Shown piece after piece: positions 44,854-57,362 of a stretch of 64,000 nt of DNA. The position numbers and the translations under genes were made by a program. Within the stretch, counting starts at the first letter, position 1. The number at the start of each line of letters is the position of its first letter. This DNA comes from Eledone cirrhosa. Its lineage: Eukaryota. The stretch lies in assembly GCA_964016885.1 (NCBI GenBank), contig OZ024740.1, positions 147,498,001 to 147,562,000 on the forward strand, given 5' to 3'. The notes beneath the pieces were generated by a model. It was given only the letters and a program-made list of their open reading frames with translations. It had not been told where the DNA came from and did not search any database.

Positions 44854-46318
44854 ATTTATTAATGCATGGACAGTTATATGACCTCCTTTTCAGCCGAGAG
44901 ACATACCGATACATATTCAAACATTGATACATATTCAAACATTGTGGGTCAACATTCATTACAGAATTTAGAGTGGCAGTACACACTTCGAGATTACATT
45001 TATATTAAGAGGTACAATCAAAAATCAAAAATACAGGTTAAAATACAACATGAAGATAAGCGGTTATATAGTGCAAATGTTATATGTGTGGCACGCATGT
45101 GCGTCTTGTTTATATAGTGTGGCAGAGAGATATGTGTGGTAGAGGCACTTAGGTAGGTAAACAAGAGTGTTAGGTTGGTAGATCTGGTGGCAAATTCTTT
45201 ATATGATTGATATAGTCTGTGTGTGGAGAAATGTTATAAGCATTAAAAATAGTGCAAGCATTAAAAGTGTTAAAAGTATTGGAGATGCACAGCGAAGGGA
45301 TGTCAAGTATTTCATGTATTTCGGCATTTTCATGGTCAGGGGAGTGTATTTTTCGATTATATGCCCCTCACATAATCCACGACAATCCGATATTGAGCGT
45401 TTGACAATCCAGTTAGAGATCGTAGTCTGGTGTTCTTTAGTTCAATACAGGAGGCTGTTACGTTTCGAGAAACGCCATTGAATACCGCCCGGAAGTGTGT
45501 GTGTGGCTAAGGGGAGTTAATGCATGCGGGGAGGTAACTCCGGGGTTTCTATACCTAGCTATTAAAATGTGTCACAATATAGACCCTAATTTCTATGGTG
45601 ATGCGCATCCTCCAAGAAAATGTTTAAAGCATAAAGTGTATTAACTATAGAGTAGTTTAATTAAGTTATGCTGAAGGTGATCATATTATTATGGTCGATT
45701 AACCCATCGTAAGGTGCCACAAATGGAAATTATAGATGATGAGCGAGGATTCTAAATTAATGATCTCTGTGGTTGTAGTCTACTCATAGGACCAGGCGCG
45801 GTGATTGCAGGATTGCTTCAGGACCCAATGATCTCTGGTAAGTTCTGGGTCATCGCTTGCTACATTGGATGTCGAAAGATAATCATCCCCAGGCCGGCCA
45901 GAGGTCAATCCGCAGTCCTCACGACCCCTCTCTGACCGTCAGATCATCCATATATGTACAACCCGCACGGCAGTTGCAATGCATTCACTCACTGCGCTCA
46001 GCAGCCTGGTCCTACTGCTCAACAGCGTTACTAGATTAAATCATTTTTCATCTGTCTAAGGAAGGTGTTTCCTCTGCACAACACTATCCAACCGATCAAT
46101 TCATGCTCAAATTACCCTTAGTGCGGTGTAGTGCCGTTCAAGTGGGTGGATGTTGTCACACCTGACGTAGAGGTATAAATGGGTATTCTCCCTGCGAAGG
46201 GTTCCAGAGGGATGTCGTTGTTTGTGTTATAATAGATCAGTTAGTGTTGGGTATGTAGTATAAGGTGTGTCTCTGGTGTTTGATGCTAGATGTGGTGTTA
46301 GGTTCCAGTCCGACATTG

Positions 46319-47815
46319 CTATATATTGGGCTTAAAGTTTAGGAAGGAATGTCTGAAGCGGTGCTGGCAAGTTGCAAACACCTCAGATTTTTTGTTAAGT
46401 AGGTTACGGTTGGAGAATATAATATTGTGTGTCTCTAGTATACAGAGGTTACAAAATTTATTAGGTGGTTTGTACGAGGTCGCGCTGCCTATCACTTCCC
46501 ATTTGAGTGTGTATGGTTTATTTTTAGTTTTTAGATAGTGTATGTAGCTAGAAAGTGAGGTGGAGTTTGCTAGGCTGTGCTTTTTGAACGAGTGAATGTG
46601 CGAATTATATCTGATTTTGAAGCAGTTAGAAGTGGAGCCTACATAGGTTTCTGAAGAGTTGTTAGTCGTGACGGTGCATGAGTATATGATATCCTTGGTC
46701 AGGCATTTTTTATCTAAAGGGCAGGTTCTATTAGCTCTACAGTTACAATTATCCTGTGCGTTAGTCCGCTGGTTATAATGCAGTGCGGAAGTCTGTGTGG
46801 TAGCTATAGGATTTTGGGCGTTCGGGTTGACAACCCTGGTGTTATTACTTATACTAGTGTTAGTTCTATTGTTACTGCCGTTGCTATGGTTGCTTGCTAC
46901 AGTGGTATTTAGAGGGTTTGCATCCCATTGTGATTTTGTTTGTTGGAAGTAAGAACTAATTTTACTATTATTGCTGCTAGCTATGTGGTATGCTAAGTTA
47001 GGCGTCGTAGAGTATGAAATTTTAATGGTGTTTTTGTTTAAGAGGTTGTGGTACTTGTGTCCTAGAGGGAAGTTTTTATCTAGTAGTGAGAAGAAAGCCC
47101 TAAGTATGTTGGTGGAGACATTTAAGTTGAAAGGAGGGTTGAAAAATGTATTATTTCTTCTTCTATTTTTGCTTTTAGTGTTTGGTGTGTTGCTTCTTCC
47201 TAAGACCCCACAGTAGTTTCCATGGTAATGGTTACTTCCGGTGGCACCCTCCGCTTTGGTGTACTTGTGGTTGCTATTCCTATTATTAGGTTTCCTCATG
47301 GACATGTTGTGCGAGATGATGTTGTAGCTATGTGTTTTCTTAGGTAGGAACTCAATTTCTATATTATGGCCGGAGCTAGCTAATGCTTGATTGTAATATT
47401 GTGAGTTTTTGCTAAATATGTTTGCGTCATAGGACAGACTAGAGATTCTATTGGACACCCCCTTAGAGATAGAGTTTAATATTGATCTAGGGTGATTAGA
47501 CTTGGTATCTACGTAAATAAGTTTCTCGTTAGGCTTATGGAAAGGTGTATATATTTTTGAGTCTAGGTATAGTGTGGCGTCTAGGAAGTTAACATTTTTA
47601 GTGTTTTTGTCCATGGTGATACTAAGGTTAAAGTTTTTGAATGTCTTATGCAATTGTTTTCTAGTTCTTTCTATATTAAATTTTTTATATTCTATAAGTA
47701 GAAGTGCATCATCGCGGTACAAACCACCGTTGAGGTAAGGGAGGTCCTTATGGATTTCATTGAGAAGGTATAGGCCGACCAAATCAGTGACCTGCGCCGA
47801 GTCACTAGATCCCAT
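46319..47815 (-). CDS. PLE reverse transcriptase (C-terminal half) + GIY-YIG endonuclease, uninterrupted 498 aa
   Basis: MGSSDSAQVTDLVGLYLL, GLYRDD, VNFLDATL, SNHP, FFNPPFN, CNCR...CPL..KC and IIYSC..YVGST..FKIRY..H. Confidence 0.92.
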   Translation of the reverse strand: MGSSDSAQVTDLVGLYLLNEIHKDLPYLNGGLYRDDALLLIEYKKFNIERTRKQLHKTFKNFNLSITMDKNTKNVNFLDATLYLDSKIYTPFHKPNEKLIYVDTKSNHPRSILNSISKGVSNRISSLSYDANIFSKNSQYYNQALASSGHNIEIEFLPKKTHSYNIISHNMSMRKPNNRNSNHKYTKAEGATGSNHYHGNYCGVLGRSNTPNTKSKNRRRNNTFFNPPFNLNVSTNILRAFFSLLDKNFPLGHKYHNLLNKNTIKISYSTTPNLAYHIASSNNSKISSYFQQTKSQWDANPLNTTVASNHSNGSNNRTNTSISNNTRVVNPNAQNPIATTQTSALHYNQRTNAQDNCNCRANRTCPLDKKCLTKDIIYSCTVTTNNSSETYVGSTSNCFKIRYNSHIHSFKKHSLANSTSLSSYIHYLKTKNKPYTLKWEVIGSATSYKPPNKFCNLCILETHNIIFSNRNLLNKKSEVFATCQHRFRHSFLNFKPNI

Positions 47816-47935
47816 GGTTATGTCGGAGTTGTTGTGCGTATCCTTGCGTGTCCATAGTTGGTCCTCGAAGGTGATTATAAATACTTATAACTGCATAAGG
47901 TTTTGTATTTACATAACCATAAATAGTATAACTAA

Positions 47936-47989
<54 letters not shown>

Positions 47990-48698
47990 CTTTTTATTTT
48001 TATTTTTATTTTTAAAATTTTTAAATTTTATTTTTATTATTTTTTTAATTATCTTTTTTAATTATTTTTTAAATTATTTTTTTAATTTTTTTAATTCTTT
48101 TATGATATGATTAATGTTAGATTAAAGGGTCCTGTTTAGGTATATAAACATATTATTGGTTAACATGATCTCTGGAGGAATGTGCATATCTTTTGATTGT
48201 TAAGATACATTTAATTTTTGACTGGGTTTTTTGACTGGGATTCTTGTATATATTTTTTTAAATATATGGATTATACGCTTAACAATTATAATGTACCGTA
48301 AATCATTCATACATTTATGTTTTTGTATATTTACTTATCTGGAGTATGTTTTACGATTTAGGAAGTTTGAATTTATATATTTTTATTTATATATATTTAC
48401 GGTATATGCATCACACCATACTAGTCGACAAACTTTTTTCCACTTACCTTGATGTAAAACTTCAATTATAACATTACTAACAATTATTGTACTATTTATT
48501 TATTATATGTATATCGATCACTAATATCTGGAATACTCTATTTATATTTGAACAAATCTGTATATCTAGTATGATAACATGCTTCTAGTTACATTTATAA
48601 GTACTTTAAATACTTTAATGACTTTCTAGCGTTATAATCGTTAAATATGTTCTAAATATTTTCTAAATTTTCTAAGTTATATAACGATTATTATTTTG

Positions 48699-48882
48699 TG
48701 GATTGGCAGTATCGGTAGAGGGTCGGACGCCATGCTTTCCAGCATAGTTACGTCCCTTTACTATCTGAGTTCAAATCCCGCCGAGGTTGACTTTGCCTTT
48801 CATCCTTACGGGGTCGATAAAATAAAGTACCAGTAATGCACTGGGTAATTGCTGGCCTTGTGCCTAAAGTAGAAACAATTAT
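48699..48882 (+). mobile_element. SINE copy, near consensus (tRNA head; central block recalls the Meta/Sauria-type SINE domain, from memory)
   Basis: TGGCAGTATCGG A-box-like, GAGTTCAAATCCC B-box, GACTTTGCCTTTCATCCTTACGGGGTCGATAAAATAAAGTACCAG. Confidence 0.9.
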
Positions 48883-50134
48883 TTAATTTAATTTAATTAA
48901 ATTTGGCTTACCTTCGGGTCAATGAAATCCTTAAGCTTTCACTTTCTCATGTTTGCAGACACATTATACTACTATATAAATTTATAAAGAAAATCTAAGA
49001 TCGCAGACAATTCATTTTTTTAACTTTGAATAAGATTCTTATCCGTATGATTCAAGAAGTTTGACTTGTATATTTATAGTATATATGTGTTACATGACCT
49101 TATTATAATAATTGATCTAAAACCTTAATTTTTAACAATATTATCAGTAACTTATTTATTGTATTATATTATGTTATATATAAATGATAGGTATCATCTT
49201 AATCTTTAGACAATATAATCTTTGTTTATATTTAGACAAATGCATATATCTAATTTAATAATAAACTTTTTAAATTTATTTATAAGGCCTTTTGATGCTT
49301 TAAGGCATTCTAATTGTTAATCTGAATTTTTTAAAATTATATCTTCAATATAATATAAATAATTAAAATTATTAAGATTTACCTTCGAGAGGATGAAAAA
49401 TAGCATGTTTTCTCTCTCGTGTTTGCAAATAGTTTAAATATGAATTAATAAAATATGACTTTATAAATTAAATATGATAGTATACTTTAATAGTAATACA
49501 GATATTTATAAACTTTTATAGCCTGAAATATTATACACTTTAATTAATTCATTACTCTGAACTAACTTAAATGATTTGTAAGTTAACGGTCAACCGAACA
49601 CATTTGGATAGTATATATAACTAATTAACTGAGGAAATTAACCTTTATTGATTACACCCAGTTATATTTAGCATTTAGATTGATGAATATTTATAGATAA
49701 TTCAATAATTCAATGATTCGAGTTTACTTTATCGCATAGCTTACCCAAATGTATAGTTGTGTATGGATATATATCATACATAACTATACATCCTTCCCTA
49801 TAATTATAATTATTCCACTTTGTCTCCCTTTCCTTGATCAATTCTCCTTTGCTCTCTATACCTCTTCTAGCTATATTTTCCCCTCATATGTTTTCTCTCT
49901 GTCTTTTTTCTTTCCTCTTTCTTCAATAATTATTTGAATGTCTAACAGTTATGTAAATTACTGTCATGTATTTTTAAGCTTTCTTACACGCACCCTCTGT
50001 ATTATATGTATTATATGTAAGTTTTATCATGTATCAATCTTAAGGTATATAAATATTGAGTTTTGTCATATCTTACTCACTACCATGACTGGATCTTAAC
50101 CATCTACTATGTCAGGGTATATCATGCATCATCT

Positions 50135-50201
50135 TATTTTATCTGATGAGGACGTACTGTTGAAGTTTGCTCAGTACCTCTGAAATATGTATAATAAAAT
50201 A
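50135..50201 (+). ncRNA. Minimal type I hammerhead motif
   Basis: TATTTTAT-CTGATGA-..GTACTG..CAGTAC..-GAAA-TATGTA-TA-ATAAAATA. Confidence 0.7.
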
Positions 50202-50243
50202 TACTTGATCACAATGAAGTTCTATTTTTGTTAATATCTTGAC

Positions 50244-50284
<41 letters not shown>

Positions 50285-50399
50285 TCACCACCAAACAAGC
50301 GGTTTTAGATTATGCCTACCTAATTTCCCATTTTGTAATGATACCATTCCTTTATTTTTTAATCCTAATTGGATTCTCAGTACCAGAGCCATGGCCCTT

Positions 50400-50520
<121 letters not shown>

Positions 50521-50589
50521 CGTGTGCGTGTGTGTGTGTGCGTGTGCGTGTGTGTGTGTGTGTATATATAACTATATTTAGAAACATTG

Positions 50590-51001
50590 AGAAGTGACAC
50601 ACAAGTTGATATATATTAGGAAAATAAGAAAAACAGTATAAAATGCTAATGGGATTTTCTCATAGAATAACAGCAAAACATTTATCTGAAAAAAAAGGCA
50701 ATTAATCGTACCGGTTTCAGCCAAAAGTTGTTTAGGCGTCTTCATGCTACAGGAAACATGATTAAAAAGTGTATAATAAAATTAAGGTGTATATTAATAA
50801 GAAGAAGATATAAGAGAACATAGTTTACATACATATAAAAGAGTTCACATTTTTGTTTATTTCTTTCTCTCCCTCTCTCTTCCTTGGTTTGTTCCTTGTT
50901 ATAGTCTGACTGATTGTTGACTACAATTGCAGTAGTAGTAAAGGGAGGAGAAGGAGAAGTGGAAGAAGAAGAAGAAGAAGAAGAAGAAGAAGAAGAAGAA
51001 G

Positions 51002-51032
<31 letters not shown>

Positions 51033-52510
51033 GGAAGAAGAAGAAGAAGAAGGTGTGGTAGTAATAATAGGGCTGTAGCAAAGGAGGAAGGGGGAGCCGA
51101 AGGAGGAGGAGACGGCGGGGAGGTATGATATTATTATTATTAGTAGTAGTAGTAGTAATAGAAGCTGTCCGTGAGACTGACCTTAATGGTAGAGTGACCG
51201 TAAAATTGACCTGAAGTGTGAATGTTTCTAAATATATCTATCTTTCTTAGTATTTCTGTAGGAAATACTGTCGTTCTTAATTTGTCCAATGGTGTTAATG
51301 TTGGGTGCTTGTTGCAGTTCCGTCTGTGGTGGATGTATTTAAACGAGGTTCATATTTTATGATAAAATATGATTCTTTGCTTATGCGTTAAATGTGGGTA
51401 GCGTTGTCTTTAATTTTGGAGAGGGGAAACATTCTGAAATTGGGTTGTTCATTAGAGCCGCAGGTGTCAATGTGTTTACTCAGTGCTATTTTTCTGTATT
51501 CCTGTATTTTAATTTGGGATCTATGAACGGTCATACGTTAACGAAGACTATTTTAGTTTTCCATATGTATGTTCTCGACAGCCTCAGCAAGTTAATACTT
51601 ATATATCAGGTTTTCTGATGCGCATGTGTAATTGTTTTTGAAGCAGAACTCCGATCCCTCTATTAGGTTGACGCATATACCACAGTTGGGTCTTCCACAT
51701 GTTTTACTGTTGATTTCGTTGTTATGGACGACTGGACTTTGGCGAGTGTTAGGACATTTTTCATTGACTTGGGTTGTCTTTTGCTCTTTATAATGTTGTG
51801 CGTTTGAAGGATTTGGTTCATTCTGTGATCCCTTTTTAGTAGAGGGATGTTCTGGAGGATGGTGTCGAAGGCCTCATTGTTTAGAGGGTTGTGTGTGGAG
51901 ATGTATGGTAGGGCTTTCAGTTTCGATTCATTCTTTAGTATGGAGTGTCTAAGTTGTTGTAAACTTAGTTTTAGGGCACGTTGGAATACATTGTTAATTA
52001 GGGGTGGTGGGTAATTCCTGCTAATGAGTGTGTCCTTTAGTTCTTGTAGTCGTATGTAACAGGTGTTTCTATCAGATACTATTGTACAAATCCTTTTGGC
52101 TAGGTTGTAAGGGATATTCATTTTAATGTGTTGCGGGTGGCATGAGTTTAATGGACGATGTTGCTAGTTTTCTTAATAAGGATGCCGAGGAAAGGAAGTT
52201 GTTGATGGTTGTATTCTATCGTAAATTTAATGTTTGTGTTAAGTCCATTTAGAAGTGCTTTAAATTCATTTAGTCTCTCTATATTTTCATGCCAAAGGTT
52301 GAAACTATCATCTGGATATAGCTTCCAGTTATTTTCTATGTGCAGGTAGGAGGAGTTTCCGTATTTTTCTAGTACTTTTCGGTAGAGCGTGATTTCCAGG
52401 TGCCCCATGACTAGTTTAGCATAAGAGGGGGGCCGTTTTCGTGCCTATCGCAGTCCCAGATTTCTGTCTGTAGGATTTGTCATTGAATACAAAGTAGTTA
52501 TTCTCCAATT
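50590..52510 (-). mobile_element. Decayed Penelope-like element (RT to GIY-YIG) with degenerate hammerhead at ~50705-50749
   Basis: NYFVFND..Y.Q..GTAIG, LY.DD, LPFL.I, NIPYNLAKRICTIVSD and IIKSKRQPKS. Minus strand ATGAAGA-CGCC..GGCT-GAAA-CCGG-TA. Confidence 0.8.
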
Positions 52511-52519
52511 CATATACAA

Positions 52520-53265
52520 TATGTTTATAAATAAACGTTTAGAAAGTCGTAGCTATGCAAAAAGACCAGCGGCTATCACCACCTGGCGGTGTCCAGCAGA
52601 ATAAAGGGGGACAATCGTCGATGCGCATTTCGAACTGAATTGGTTCTCATCAGGACGATCGCTCCTGCTCTTCCAATAGCTGGACTTTGAAAATAGCCGA
52701 GAATATATAGTTTTCTGGTCTGTGTAAATGAGGTGATTAATTTCATTTGCATATGAAGCTGTATAAGTTGGCTCAACTTATAATAGAATAGAATTAGAAT
52801 TTAGCTTCGAGCATAGCTCATACAGAAATGTATTGGAATTTTGTATTTCTAAAGAAATACGGTATGTTTATAAATAAACATTTAGAAAGCCGTAGCTATA
52901 CAAAAACACAAGCGGCTATCGTCACCTGGCGATTTCCAGCAGAAGCAAGGGGGAACCAGTTCAGTTCGAAATGCGCATCGACGATTGTCTCCCTTGCTTC
53001 TGCTGGACACCGCCAGGTAGTGAGAGCCGGTGGCTTTTTTGTATAGCTACGGCTTTCTTAATGTTTATTTATAAACATACCGTATTTCTTTAGACACATG
53101 ACATTCCAATACATATCTGTATACAGCTAATCTCGAAGCTAAATTCTAATTCTATTCTATTATAAGTTGAGTCAACTTATACAGATTCATATTCAAATGA
53201 GATTAATCACTTCATTTACACAGACGAGAAAACAATATATTCTCGCCTGTTTTCAAAGTCCAGCA
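52520..53265. repeat. Tandem plus inverted array of a ~343-bp hammerhead-containing unit (pseudo-LTR or retrozyme-like)
   Basis: 52521-52610 repeats at 52864-52952. 52679-52952 is inverted at ~52990-53263. The inverted copy starts inside the ribozyme stem II. Confidence 0.85.
52614..52659 (-). ncRNA. Canonical minimal type I hammerhead ribozyme
   Basis: ATCGTC-CTGATGA-GAAC caattca GTTC-GAAA-TGCGCA-TC-GACGAT: perfect core, palindromic stem III, AUC cleavage triplet. Confidence 0.88.
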
Positions 53266-53269
53266 GGTC

Positions 53270-53680
53270 TCCAGGATAAAGGATCATTGCTTGCCCAGAA
53301 TCACGCTGTACAGCGAACTCTTCACTGGCAATCGTGACAGGGTGGCATCAAGGAAGTGATACAAAGACTGTTTGTTTGAAAAAGTCCCTTGGTGCCTGTC
53401 ACATTGACCATCGCCAGTGGCCCACCCTTGCTGAGAACCATGACGCTTAGCGTCTCATCCTCAACCATACTGTCTCCTCTTTCAGAAACACTCGCAGAAC
53501 CACCCTCAAGGACAAAGACACATGATGAAGAACTACAGTACAACACCAAGTCATCAAACCTTACCCGTGCTTGCTTGTCTCGCATTGGCCTTAATAGCTA
53601 CGAGCGTGCCTATAGTCAACGTGGACTACCCGCTTCATGATCTTCGTTCGCGAAGCCAAGCCAATGATGATGATGATGCA
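53270..53680 (+). mobile_element. RTE LINE 3' end with (TGA)n tail
   Basis: LPRITLYSELFTGNRDR resembles LPKQLMYEKLCSGKRKQGRP of the adjacent RTE. Ends ..GCCAATGATGATGATGATG. Confidence 0.7.
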
Positions 53681-53795
53681 TTACAATTATATTAAAGAAT
53701 ATTATGAATAATAAAGATTATTATGAACTGATTAATGTTGTTTTCTAACATTAAAAAAATAATTTTTTAGTTGATATATTTCATGTGAATAACAA

Positions 53796-53926
53796 TAATT
53801 GTTTCTACTTTTGGCACAAAGCCAGCAATGATCCCAGTGAATTACTGGTACTTTATTTTATCGACCCCGTAAGGATGAAAGGCAAAGTTAACCTCTGTCG
53901 GATTTGAACTCAGACCGTAAAGGTCC
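53796..53926 (-). mobile_element. SINE copy, truncated
   Basis: Reverse complement of the SINE consensus. Confidence 0.85.
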
Positions 53927-54519
53927 ATAATAACAATAATGATCGAGGAAATTACTTATATTTCATGAATATGTATTCATTCTAGGACTTTTTCTGAAAA
54001 TTGAGAGAGAAATTTTACAAGTCAATATATTGTTTTCTTTACTACATACATCTTCATAAACGGATTTAAATATCCCTGATGTCAGAATTCATTGGAAGCC
54101 GGTCACACATTAAAAAACATCTAATTAAATAGCTCTTCAACGGACATATCCACGTCAATAGTAAAATCATTTAACTTTCAATAAATTAGTTTTCCTAGCT
54201 TTAAATAGTAGGTCCCGTATGAACTTGCAGTTTACAATATTAATCGGCGAGACAATTGTTGATAGCTTCATAGATTACAATCTTGAGTTATATATTTTCC
54301 AAATTTTTTTACCCAAACGATAAGACTTCTATGTATTTTCTCCGTCTCTGAAATAGCACAGGAATCTTAAGTGTTATATTTCTTCTAACTCGTGGCATAA
54401 CATTATCTTACTGTTTTATCACAGCAAAAATATAAGTGTGTTCTCTAATTTATCTATACATAAAAAAGAAGTCTCAGTGGATCTACATCAAAATTGATTG
54501 TTATTATACATATATATAT

Positions 54520-56292
54520 TCGTGGTTGTCCATCGTAAACGATGATGACATCTTCTTTATTGTTATTCCCGTCTGTCGTGGGCACGAAGGTGGCTGTGGA
54601 GGCCGATCCTTGACTTGCAGGTCTGGGGACAGAGGGGGCAGGGGAAGAGGCCGCATTTCTCCTCCTTTCACGGGCCTCAGTGACCTCTGCCCGTTTCTTC
54701 TCTTCAAAAGAGTCTTTGGCGCGTCTCGTAAGGACTCGCAACTCAGTCCTGTCCTGAGCATGGGACTCGAGTTGTTTTGGGGCGATTCCAGTGTTGTTAA
54801 TGCTGGACTTCACACAGTCTTTGAACCTCTTGAGAGGCCTGCCCTGCTTTCGTTTCCCCGAACAGAGTTTCTCATACATCAATTGCTTCGGAAGCCTGTG
54901 ATCGTCCATCCGGATGACATGTCCCACCCATCGAAGTCGGCTCTTCAGTATCATAGTTTCGACACTGGTTGTCTCAGCCATGTCAAGAACTTCGAGATTG
55001 GAGACCTTGTCCTGCCATTTGATGTTCATGTGGAACCGTTCCAGCTGCTTCAGTGCCTTCTGTACAGGGTCCATGTCTCACATCCGTAGTGGAGGCTGGT
55101 GAGAACAACGGCCCTGTACATCTTGAGCTTGGTGGACTGCCTGACGTTGTGCTGGTTCAGGATCGTGTCCTCAGGCAGCCAAGGGCTTGATTGGCCTTGC
55201 AGATCCTGGCGTTTATCTCCTTGTCGAGGCTTCCATCGCTGCTGAAGACACTGCTGAGGTTTCTTGAAGTCGTTCACCTACTTTAGCTGGGTGCCTCCGA
55301 TGGAGATGGAAGGAGGGTGGGCGACGGAGGCAGGTGCAAGCTGAAACAGGATCTCAGTCTTTCCAAGGCTAATTGTGAGACCGAAGAGGCAGGAGGCCAC
55401 CGCGAACTTGTTAACGATGACTTGGAGGTCAGACTCCCTGTGGGCCATGAGGGCACAGTCGTCAGCAAAAAATGCCTCTAGGACGACCCTCTGCACGGTC
55501 CTTGTCCTGACCGTCAGGCGCCGCAGGTCAAACAGGGAGCCGTCCAGTCTGTATCGCAGATACACTCCGTACTCGAAGTCCCTGACGGCATGATTGAGCA
55601 CGCAGATTGAAGAGGAGGGAAGCCAGCACGCATCCTTGCTTGACGCCGTTGGTGATTCCGAACGGCTCCGATGCCTCTCCGCCGGAGCGCATCTGTCCGG
55701 TCATGTCGCCATGGAATTGCTGTTTCAGGTTCACGAACTTGGTCGGGCATCGAAACTTCGATAGGATCGACCAGAGGGCCTCCCTGTTGACAGTGTCGAA
55801 GGCCTTCGCCAAGTCTATGAAGACAGCAAAGAGGTCCATGTTCTGCTCGACACACTTATCGCCCCTCCCCTCGTGCGAGGGTGAGCAGTGCCCCCTTGAA
55901 AAAGGCTGCTCAGTCGCCCGGTGGAACGCCTGATCTCCTCTGTCATCCCAGGGTCAGGAGAAGAACGACTTGCGCTTCCAGGCCGCCCACGTGTGGGTTT
56001 GAGATTGGCAACTTCCAGAGGTTACCTCCACCTGTTACCTCCGCCTCTCACCTATCGCCGCAGGGCTTTGGGAGTGCACGCTAAAGAAGAAACCTGTGCG
56101 GGAAAGATTTATAGTGGGAGGGCCAGTGCATAGTAACGGTCCCACTCACTCGGCCGCAGAAGCCAGAAACCGGTGGTACGGAGGACCGTCACGACCAGAG
56201 ACTTCCTCTGCTGCAGTGGATGGCCACAACATCTCTAGTGCCTTGCCGTGCACTAGCGCTCCACACCTCTTGCGGTCGCCGCCTTCGTGATC
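54520..56292 (-). mobile_element. Internally deleted RTE/BovB-type LINE: non-coding 5' region joined to RT core and 3' end
   Basis: FIDLAKAFDTVNR, GVKQGCVLA.LLFN, FFADDCAL, YGCETWT and RLRWVGHVIRM. ~55860-56290 is GC-rich and UTR-like, with no APE domain. Confidence 0.85.
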
Positions 56293-56415
56293 ATATAAGG
56301 AATTACCCCCTGAGAAGTTCGGCTATTTATTTACCAGGCTAAAAATTCTTATTTAGTCCAGAATTAGCCGTCGAAACGGCTTGAGCTCTGCCGTCGGGGT
56401 CATACTTGTTCCTAT
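56292..56415 (+). mobile_element. Solo pseudo-LTR fragment of the 59101-62773 element, consisting of its hammerhead-like motif (56305-56400)
   Basis: ACCCC-CTGAGAA-G..CGGCTA..TAGCCG.C-GAAA-CGGC ttgagctct GCCG-TC-GGGGT. Near-identical to 59193-59315. Confidence 0.8.
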
Positions 56416-56419
56416 ATAT

Positions 56420-56514
<95 letters not shown>

Positions 56515-56559
56515 CATACATACATGTATACATACCTATACATAAACACACACATATAT

Positions 56560-56642
56560 ATAAATATCTATATAAATCCACACACGCAAATATAAACAAT
56601 ACATAATACACGTACTTACACATACACACATTCCCATACATC

Positions 56643-56698
<56 letters not shown>

Positions 56699-57250
56699 CA
56701 CACATGTATATATATATACATATATATACAATATACACATAAATATACATAAATATACACGTGTATGTACGTATATGTATGTATATATTTAATTATTATC
56801 ACTTTATGATTTTAATAACCTCTGTTATTTTTGTTCAACTAATTTATTTACATTATTCTTAACTCCGAAGCCGAGAATCATTCGGTTTCCTAAATAGAAT
56901 ATTAGTCTAATGACTCCATTTATACCATAAACGTGGTTTTGTCATTGCGTGTAATTGTTCTCACCCCTCCACACAACGACCTATTATCTTCGCTTTTTCC
57001 CGTTCATTGCCAGGAAACATTTTCACGAATCAAAGTATCCTCTTCCTGTTTTCCTTCGGTTGCAACATTTTTCGAAATATTTATTTCTGCGAACGCAGAT
57101 TGATTTTTTTTTTAATTTTAGAAGATCCCGTTAAGGGTGAAAGCAGCGATTCTTTGCTTAAACTTTGATCTGTTATTTTAACAAATATTTGTTCTATGGT
57201 TCTTATATATTTGATATATATTTGGATTTTAGTCTTATTATTATTACTAT
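56560..57250 (+). mobile_element. Copy of the non-coding pseudo-LTR-type repeat seen at 3222-4125
   Basis: Shared GAAGCCGAGAATCATTCGGTTTCC and GAAGATCCCGTTAAGGGTGAAAGCAGCG blocks. Confidence 0.75.
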
Positions 57251-57284
57251 ATATATATATATATATATATATTATTATTATTAT

Positions 57285-57356
<72 letters not shown>

Positions 57357-57362
<6 letters not shown>

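Larger units (their letters stand above)
44770..47880 (-). mobile_element. 5'-truncated Penelope-like element (Naiad-like) with ~1.5-kb 3' UTR
   Basis: ORF 46319..47815, hammerhead near the 3' end, and (TA)n flanks. Confidence 0.88.

Noticed and set aside
48699-48790. tRNA genes suggested by GTTCAAATCC boxes
   Set aside because: These are SINE heads: no complete cloverleaf, and always followed by the SINE body.
52679-53263. Second ADAR-edited hairpin
   Set aside because: Arm differences include many transversions and small indels, so there is no clean A-to-G signature.
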